From NCBI GenBank assembly GCA_052426225.1, contig JBNJNM010000013.1, positions 1,302,001-1,366,000 of the forward strand: a DNA stretch of 64,000 nucleotides. Reading direction: 5' to 3'. The notes under the pieces were generated by a model. That model was not told the origin of the DNA, ran no database searches, and worked only from the letters and a program-made list of their open reading frames with translations. The position numbers and the translations under genes were made by a program. Each line of letters begins with the position of its first letter. Positions within the stretch are counted from its first letter, which is position 1. Origin of the DNA: Zancudomyces culisetae HAW-14-8. Lineage: Eukaryota > Fungi > Kickxellomycota. Below are positions 56,351 through 64,000 of this stretch, piece by piece.

Positions 56351-57642
56351 ATGTTGCTTATCTTATTTGCAACGTTTGTTTAACCTAATGTATTATTATG
56401 TTTCTCACTTTCTTTCTAGCGAACCAGTTGCTTTTTTCATCGGCTAACGATTTACCATATACCACTGTTGTAGATAATTTAAGTATAACATATACGAAAT
56501 GAGAATGCATCTCGGTTAATTATTTAGAGTTAGCGGACAGGAAATAAAGTAAAATACGCTATTTTAACAATATACTATAAATGTTTAGTTTAATTTATAA
56601 GGACAGTTGTGGTACATATAAATTATGGTATTTTAATAGTGCTTTAATATTCAATTTTATTATTAATTGATGAGTAAACCTTCAAACTCATTACTATATA
56701 ATTCTGAAATTACGTTAGAGGCATGATCTCTCAGATTACTAGCAAATTCTCGTTACATTGCAGTACGTTTATCAGCTTAAGCAATTTCTGAATTTGATTG
56801 CGCATTATTGCATGATTTTGATTCACTTTTGCTAACATATATGTATTTCGTTTTGGTTTAAATGCTACTATTATTATAGATACAATATCCAACCAATATG
56901 TTTTTTATAGCTAGTATTAATAAAATATTATTTTATTTTAGTGAATGTATTTAAGAGGTGTATTTACTAAGAAAGTTAGTATTTACTAAGAAAGTTAGTA
57001 TTTCTTGATATAGTGGAATTTTAACTTTTGATTAATTTATTTTCCAAAATCAACATCGAGATTGTTCTAACACTTTCATTCTTATTTTATAGAATCGAAG
57101 TTGACTAATAATTAATTGTGTTTATACACATCTAATAAATATAGTAGTATTGGACAAATTTTCTATCGGGTTTAGATTTTAGAAATCTATGATCTTAATA
57201 ATGCTATTAGTTGAACTTTGAAATACCATCTTGTTAAAACAATAAATATAAAATGGAAACTATTGTTACTTCAATTTTATTCAATTTATAATATTTTAAG
57301 TGTGTAGTTAATAATAATTTTACCATTTTGAAGATTAGAGAATTGTTACAATAATGTACTAGTTTGATTATCCTTGGACCTTTATTTCGCGAATCACTTC
57401 TTTTCCATTCTGCTATCAATTGAAAATATATTCAAATACCCAGAATCATAAATCTAGTAACAATAAATCCAGTACTATACACATTTAATATTTTTAATTT
57501 ATTGGTTTTTTCTTTATCCCTAGTCACTTTATTCTTAATTTCTAATCTTTTAATATTCCTTAATTCTCGGAATTTCATTTCAAACTGTTCGCAACTAATA
57601 TTACTCCCAGAAAATCTAATGTCAGCACTTTTTGTCAAGTTG

Positions 57643-58603
57643 TTCTAGGTCCTGTAGTATTTATGTTGCTCCTATACGGTCTTCAAAAAGCTTTGAATGC
57701 TAAAGTATTGCGAGCCATAGATCATCCTGGCACCTATGATCTTGGTCCGTTAGATAACTGTCAAGGTGAAACAAGAAGTAGTTCTTGTATAAACATGATG
57801 TACACACCATCCAATTCCGACACTGATGCGATTATGCAACGATTCGCCAACAAAAATATGCAACGAAGTGGACTGAATAGTGATAGTAGCAATGCGATTC
57901 GCTATGAAGGTGCTTTTGACTTGGGAGTGCAAGACAGTCCAAAAAGAAAATATGGTGTAGTGAGTGTTCCGGATACACAATTTGTATACGACTATGTATT
58001 GTATAATCCAAATACCACTGCTTTTGCTGTATCCTTTGAGGTAAACAGAAACGATAACCAATTCAAGTATCAACTATGGTACAATACAACTGTGCAAAGA
58101 AATGGAACTTCACCATACAACACTAGAGTTTTGGGAATTATGAGAGGATTAGACGAAGCAATTATTGGATATTCAGGAAACAAGGATGCCAACATAGATG
58201 TAACTTTGAAGGACTGGCCTAAAGTACCTCCAAAATCATCTGGTGATCTTATAATCTCATCTCTGGGGCCCATGTTTTTCTTTAGTGCACAGATGGTTAT
58301 ATTCATTAACGTTTTGATGATGATAGTTGGTGAAAAAGAGAAAAAACTCCGTGAAGCTATGCAGGTTGTGGGATTGCGTTCAGAAGTGTACTGGCTCAGC
58401 TGGTATTTAGCATATGCAGTACTGGAACTCTTTTGCGTGTTGGTTACAATGGGAATGAGTTATGCACTTGGATTTGCCGCCTTTACGAACTCCAATTTCT
58501 TCGCAATGTTCTTCACCTTTTATATTTTTAATCTGTCATGTTGGTGTTAGCATTTTTTATTTGTGTGGTTATCGGATCATCCCAAGCAGCAACGCCGTTA
58601 TAG
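57643..58603 (+). pseudogene. ABCA-subfamily transporter fragment (first TM domain and exoplasmic loop only)
   Basis: IVGEKEKKLREAMQVVGLRSEVYWLSW is the ABCA signature. A frameshift near 58540 continues as MLVLAFFI to a stop. No nucleotide-binding domain and no N-terminus. Confidence 0.8.
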
Positions 58604-58609
58604 AATAAG

Positions 58610-58900
58610 ATGTATTGAAACCTTTTATTTAGTCGTGTGTGTTAACGGAAAATTGATGTAATGCACTTAGGATGGATTAAATGCTTCAGGTATCAGGAAA
58701 GGTTATCTTGATGGCCATTGACTACCTTTAATATTAATATACTATTAAAAAAGTGCATAATACATTATATGATGAAGGACATGCTCATATGAAACTGGTA
58801 CATCTAAAAACTTAGTGATCTTTTTTATGAATTGTCCTGAGTTGATCTTTGTGAATACACCCTTCATCGAGCAACTAGTATTCAAATTTTTATCTATTGG
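58610..58900 (+). mobile_element. Decayed Gypsy integrase remnant
   Basis: KPFYLV...SG.R.VILMAIDY resembles KPFEIxGxD...SGNRYILTAIDY in the intact elements. Stops and frameshifts are present. Confidence 0.45.
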
Positions 58901-59404
58901 ATTTTTTTTACAGTAACACTAGGTGTTTTAAAAATATTATGAACCTGAGTGATACTTGGCCGAATTATGATTAGTTTAGAAATAGTTTTTTGTTTAGGAC
59001 TTTATTTAAGACTTTTTATCAACGTTTTGAACTTGCGTAATACTAGTTATGTTAATAAGAGATAAAATGGGTTTAATTTCTATGGGTCTTTAGCTTCTTG
59101 ATCAAGCATTTGATACACAAATACCAAAAAAGGTAAATAATTCAATTCTATAAGGCTTTATTGATGGTGAAAATACCACTCTAATGGTATTGCATAAGGA
59201 TAAGAGAAATAAAAAAAAATGGAATGGTTTATCTGATCTCTTTGGTGATCAAAAGGCTAGACAAAGATATTATTTTTTTCTAGGTGTATAGAAATCGGAA
59301 ATTTGCAAGTCCTTGCATTTGCAGATTCAAGTACAATTTTAATAAAATACGACAATGTTGTTTACTGGGAATGTTTTATTTTCTTTCGTTTAGTTTGAAG
59401 ATAG

Positions 59405-59764
59405 CTATTTAGGCAGGTTGGCCTTATTGTCCAAAAATTCCTTGGCTTCGTTAATCTTTGTAGCTAAATACGGTGATCCACCACGATCTGGATGGTTTTT
59501 AATCATCAGCTTACGGTGGGCATCTTTTACCTTGTTCTTGGTGAGTCCAAGCTCCTTAACACCTAGAATTAATGCAGCTTCTTTTTTACTCATTTTTAGA
59601 TTAAACCCACCCTTGACGAATTTCTTGTCAACCTTGTCAACACCTTTCAGTATTCTGCTTCCGGATTTTAACATTTGCGAACTACCTGAGGATTTTAAAA
59701 CCATTCGAGTTAGAATGGCTGCAGAGGCTATTCCTGCACCGACATACATGAAAACGTTGCTCAT
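59405..59764 (-). CDS. PAM18: Mitochondrial import motor J-protein Pam18/Tim14
   Basis: N-terminal TM segment, [17 protein letters not shown], and J-domain [19 protein letters not shown]. Confidence 0.95.
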   Translation of the reverse strand: MSNVFMYVGAGIASAAILTRMVLKSSGSSQMLKSGSRILKGVDKVDKKFVKGGFNLKMSKKEAALILGVKELGLTKNKVKDAHRKLMIKNHPDRGGSPYLATKINEAKEFLDNKANLPK

Positions 59765-60396
59765 TCTCGACTTCTTTTATCTCTGATTTCGAGGTTTTGA
59801 CTTTTTTTGTTTTAGTATTTTAGTATTTGAAATTTTTACAAGCCAAAAAAAATTGATAGCTTAATAATATTAGTTACTTGCAACTAGTAAAAAAAATTTT
59901 CAGGCCAAATAGGATCGATTTATGTAATTTTTCTTGCTGATAAAGTAGTGTTCCAAGAAATAAATCGAGAATACTGAAAAACAAAATGTAGGTCAAAATA
60001 ACTGATATATTGTAAAATTGTAAAAATGAAGCAAATACAGCTTATAAATAAGTGTTGAGTAAAGCCTTGCTTGATTCCTGGTAATTCTCAGGAGATAAAA
60101 GATATAGAATTCTGCGTTTTCTAAGACTCTATATTTTATTTTTTTGATCATGCAATATACTTTTGTGCATATAGAATGAACTCTTGGCATCATGTTTTAC
60201 GATCATAAAAAGTAGCGCTTATATTCTCATAATTCCTCCATCCTCCCTAAATAGTAGTGGATCAAAAAAATGATAGTATTATCTCTATAATGGTAACAAG
60301 ATGTAAAAAGTAGTGAATCGTCTTATAAAAGATATATACCAAATACATTATGAAAAAGATAATACTAGAACATGGCCAAAAAAGCGTTACTGATTG

Positions 60397-61047
60397 TTAT
60401 CTAGAATTAATAACTGTAAAAAATATAATGTACATTATTATACTAGAAAAGAAATAATAAACTTTAATTACAGAGAGCTTTTTAGTGAGAATTTCGGCTT
60501 TTTCTACCTCTGCTTCAAATCTCTCTATCATTTCAGCGGAGGTTTGCTGAGCTTGAGTTTCCGCAGGTTGGGTGGGTATTAGAGAAGAGGTGCTTGCTTC
60601 ATGTATCGTTTCGGTTGAAAGACGGCTAGCTTCATCAAAAGACTGACTTTCTTTAATGTTCTTGCCTATTGTTTCCATTTCAATTTGCTCCTGATCTCCA
60701 TCGTTTATCTGTATTTGCACCTGGGCAGAATTATTGTTTTGTAGTTGATTAGTGGCGGAGGCTAACATAATATCCGTAGCTTGAGCAACAACAATGTATT
60801 TTCTGTATTCTTCCAAATGATAGCATTTCACAGTGACAAAAAGTGTTAACATAAATAGAATTACAAAAGATGAAAGCATGGTTATAAGAGCGAGAATACG
60901 GAGAGAATGATATCCCCTGAAACTCAACCTTATACCACCTGATACTGTTACAACTACCAATATTGGAAATTTTAGTTTGTAATAGAAAATGGCATTGGTG
61001 ATCTTAGTCTGAAGTTTTGTCGTACGTGCAATGGATTTTTCAAGCAT
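60397..61047 (-). CDS. Hypothetical membrane protein, possibly a fragment of a multi-pass (GPCR-like) protein
   Basis: 216-aa ORF with ~3 hydrophobic segments and a long polar loop. No family recognised. Confidence 0.45.
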   Translation of the reverse strand: MLEKSIARTTKLQTKITNAIFYYKLKFPILVVVTVSGGIRLSFRGYHSLRILALITMLSSFVILFMLTLFVTVKCYHLEEYRKYIVVAQATDIMLASATNQLQNNNSAQVQIQINDGDQEQIEMETIGKNIKESQSFDEASRLSTETIHEASTSSLIPTQPAETQAQQTSAEMIERFEAEVEKAEILTKKLSVIKVYYFFSSIIMYIIFFTVINSR

Positions 61048-61728
61048 TTTCTTCTTAGTTTGTTTCTTTTTGATATTCTGATACTTATTTTTGGAGTGGG
61101 ATTCGTAAAGGTAGGAAGTATATCTTTTATAATATAAAAGCGCAAGCTGACAAAACTAAGAACTAAAAAAAAACAATTACTTTAGGACTTCATTTTCACT
61201 TTTTTGGAAGCAAAGTTGGATTTTTATTAGTAACTTGATTAATCAACCCATATTAGCTAAAAGTAAATAAGTTTAACAAAGCAAAATACTTGGAAACATA
61301 GTTTTCGACATTTTTTTTTGATTTTCTAGATGGATGATTGTAATTTTTTAAGCTTTGTATTGGTTATCCATTAAAGTCTATGAACCAACATAATTGGGTA
61401 AAGCCAGGATTTTGGATATCTCTTGATAAACTGGTCTGGAGCGGATTAGCTGCGCTATTATCATCCCAACCTCATATTGTTTGAAATCCTCAAAATGGTA
61501 TTTTCATATATGTGAATTGGCCAAAACTTTACACCATTACAATTACGGATATTTTATTTGCTAGAATATAGTTGGAATAATTTGAGATTAACACATGATA
61601 TACTTATAATGTTGCAATGAAAAAAATAAACATGGGTCGAAGTTTTTTTAAAAAAAATAAAGCTCATCTAGGGATTTAAAAAAATGACATGAATCAAAAC
61701 TGCCACAAGACCAAAAAGTAGCGTGGGA

Positions 61729-64000
61729 TTAGTCGACATCCATCTCACTGGGAGTAGTGGTGTCATCTTTAGAGTTTTCAGGATTGGCATTGCTGTCAGT
61801 CTTTGATTCAGCAGAAGGGGTTGTCTCGGCAGCTGGTGTTGGTACTGGTACTGGTGCTGGTTTTGGCTTGTTCATGATGGTTGAAGCACCCCGGGCAAGG
61901 GTTTGAAGCTCATTTTCAATCTGGTAGGTGAAGAGAACAGGTGATTCATAGAGTTTGAGGCCCTTTTGGCGGATAGAAGCATCATCGAGCCATTCCTGAG
62001 CCTTTTCGGCAAGTGCACAGACTTTTTGGCGGTCATCGTTGGAAATGTGATCGTACTTGGCATCCTTTGACATGGCCAAGTCGGACCAGAAGTAAATGGC
62101 GTCACGTAGTTCCTTGGATTTGGCTGGTCTTTTTTCGTGCTCAACAGCCCGCTCGGTGATAAGATCGCCAGTTTGCTTGAGGGCAGAGAGTTTATCGTTA
62201 AAGACGGTGTATGAGCTGGATTCAGCCTCTTCTGAGTAGACCCAGTCTTCAGTATCGTTAAGTAGAGAAACATAGGAGTCCTTGGTTGAGGGGTCAACGA
62301 ATGGGGCGTATTTACCATCGACCTTAGAGCGGATATCATAGATGTATTCTTCAAGTGAGTTTTTGGCGTTTTCGGCAAGAACGACTTGCAAATCGCTCTC
62401 AAACATCTGGGCCTCAGCCTTCTTGTAGACATCAAGCTGGGCGGGTGAATAGCAGTGGGCAGTTTGTTCGACGGGGAGGTCGGCTTTCTTGACAAGTTTG
62501 CGGACCATTCGGGTTTGTTGCATTGGTTCCTCACCCTCGGCTGGAGGAGTTTGGCTCTCAATTACTTCTTCGACTTCTTTTTCTTCAACAGAGTAAGCAG
62601 AAGTGATGTTTATAACACCATTGAGATCAAGACGTGCCTTAACCTTAACGGTACTGTTTGGCTCAACCTTTGAAATGGAAAAGTCCAGCAAGTGAGGGTT
62701 TGCTCCAGCAATGAGGTTTTCGACTGAAGAGTATTCGGCGGAAACTGAGAAATCGGAGCTGCGAACAAATGTTGAAAGCTTGGTTGATGGAATCTTGTTC
62801 TTGCTGGGGAAGATTTCTAGCTCAACATCTTCGTCTTCGGGTACGCGATCCCACTTGAATGTGATTGGGTACGCAGCAATATCGTTGACTGCGAATTCAC
62901 GAACACGGAATACTGGGGACAACATTGCACATTGGAAGGCACAACCACGAGCAACAGCCTCGTCTTGGTTCAGTGTAAAACTCAACTCCTTTTGCATCTG
63001 CTCAGAAAGACGCTTCTTAACAGCTGGGACTCTGATTGAACCACCAACGGTTTCAACAGCGTAGATATCACTGAGAGGAACGCCAGCATCAGCAAGTGCT
63101 TGTTGCAGTGGGGCATCCATTCGCTTCAAAACTGGCTCAATCAGTTCTTCAAACTCTTCACGCCTCATGGTTGCTGAAACATCAATATCTTCCATGATGC
63201 TTTCAACCGAGATGTTGGAGACTGGGTTGGCTGACAACATCTTTTTCAGCTTCTCACATCCTGCTCGTAGTCTCAGTCCAGCCTTGGCGTTGGAATCAAT
63301 GTCGATCTTGTATTTCTGGCCAAACACCTTCTTGAAGTGTTCCACCAACGCTGTATCCAAATCTCTTCCTCCACAGTTGCGTGAGTAGGCTGTCGAAAGC
63401 ACTGTAGATTCTCCCTTCTTAAACGCAACTACGGCTACTGTAAATGTACTGTATCCCATATCTACAAACACCACATTTCGTGCCTTGTCCTCTGGAAGAT
63501 CTGTCTTGGTGATTCCGTAACTCAATGCTGACGCCATATAGTCGTTCATCAATCGCAAGCAGTTCAATCCTGCAATTTCACATGCTTGCAATACACAACG
63601 TCTTTGTCTGTCTGTGTACCATCCTGGCACTGACAATACTGTGTACAAACTCTTGTTCTTCAGTTCCTTTGCTGCTGTCTCCTTCAGCTTGACCAGGTAC
63701 ATTGCGTACAACTGTGTAGCGCTGAATTTTGTTCGTTCGCCTCTGTAATCTACCTCTACTCCTACCTCTCCATCTACGTCTACTATCTTGGCTCCAAAGT
63801 ACTTGCCTTCCTCTTGGATCCCCTCTTCATCAACCGATCTGCCTATCAATCTCTTCAAACCGGTAACTGTATTTCGGAAATTTCCCATTTCCAAATTCTT
63901 TGCCATCTCTCCGATATTTCTGCTTCTTGAACCAAACGACACCATTGTTGGTGTCGTTCTGTTTGATACATCATTTGTAAGTATATCGATTCCTCTGTTA
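61729..64000 (-). CDS. SSE1: Hsp110/Hsp88-type Hsp70 nucleotide-exchange factor, 5'-incomplete
   Basis: The frame stays open to the window edge (NRGIDILTNDVSNRTTPTMVSFG). Motifs SYGITKTDLP, TLNQDEAVARG, KNSLEEYIY and C-terminal EMDVD. Confidence 0.95.
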   Translation of the reverse strand, partial: NRGIDILTNDVSNRTTPTMVSFGSRSRNIGEMAKNLEMGNFRNTVTGLKRLIGRSVDEEGIQEEGKYFGAKIVDVDGEVGVEVDYRGERTKFSATQLYAMYLVKLKETAAKELKNKSLYTVLSVPGWYTDRQRRCVLQACEIAGLNCLRLMNDYMASALSYGITKTDLPEDKARNVVFVDMGYSTFTVAVVAFKKGESTVLSTAYSRNCGGRDLDTALVEHFKKVFGQKYKIDIDSNAKAGLRLRAGCEKLKKMLSANPVSNISVESIMEDIDVSATMRREEFEELIEPVLKRMDAPLQQALADAGVPLSDIYAVETVGGSIRVPAVKKRLSEQMQKELSFTLNQDEAVARGCAFQCAMLSPVFRVREFAVNDIAAYPITFKWDRVPEDEDVELEIFPSKNKIPSTKLSTFVRSSDFSVSAEYSSVENLIAGANPHLLDFSISKVEPNSTVKVKARLDLNGVINITSAYSVEEKEVEEVIESQTPPAEGEEPMQQTRMVRKLVKKADLPVEQTAHCYSPAQLDVYKKAEAQMFESDLQVVLAENAKNSLEEYIYDIRSKVDGKYAPFVDPSTKDSYVSLLNDTEDWVYSEEAESSSYTVFNDKLSALKQTGDLITERAVEHEKRPAKSKELRDAIYFWSDLAMSKDAKYDHISNDDRQKVCALAEKAQEWLDDASIRQKGLKLYESPVLFTYQIENELQTLARGASTIMNKPKPAPVPVPTPAAETTPSAESKTDSNANPENSKDDTTTPSEMDVD

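Overview
AT-rich eukaryotic DNA, almost certainly fungal. The gene style suggests an early-diverging fungus such as a Kickxellomycotina/Harpellales gut fungus, but this is inference. The left arm (1-16.5 kb) holds a secreted subtilisin, a secreted S1 protease with a ~790-aa Thr/Asn repeat, a LINE 3' fragment, an atypical cytochrome P450 and a 5-exon PITSLRE/CDK11-type kinase whose DFG motif reads VFE. The right arm (57.6-64 kb) holds an ABCA fragment, PAM18, an unknown membrane protein and a 5'-incomplete Hsp110/SSE1. Between them is a ~40-kb island without intact host protein genes, built from Ty3/Gypsy LTR retrotransposons (five ORF-bearing families, labelled A-E here) and solo LTRs. The island is organised around two identical, oppositely oriented tRNA-Leu(CAA) genes. 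Elements A and B sit 7-8 nt upstream of the tRNA 5' end, with C and D stacked behind them at 2-5 nt spacing. Family E instead inserts 64-81 nt downstream of the tRNA, inside its own older LTRs. A C-terminal integrase motif is present in the upstream group and absent from E. The tRNA + element B block is an exact inverted duplication around a central core of abutting solo-LTR-like units. Two of those units carry a ~120-aa ORF under clear purifying selection.
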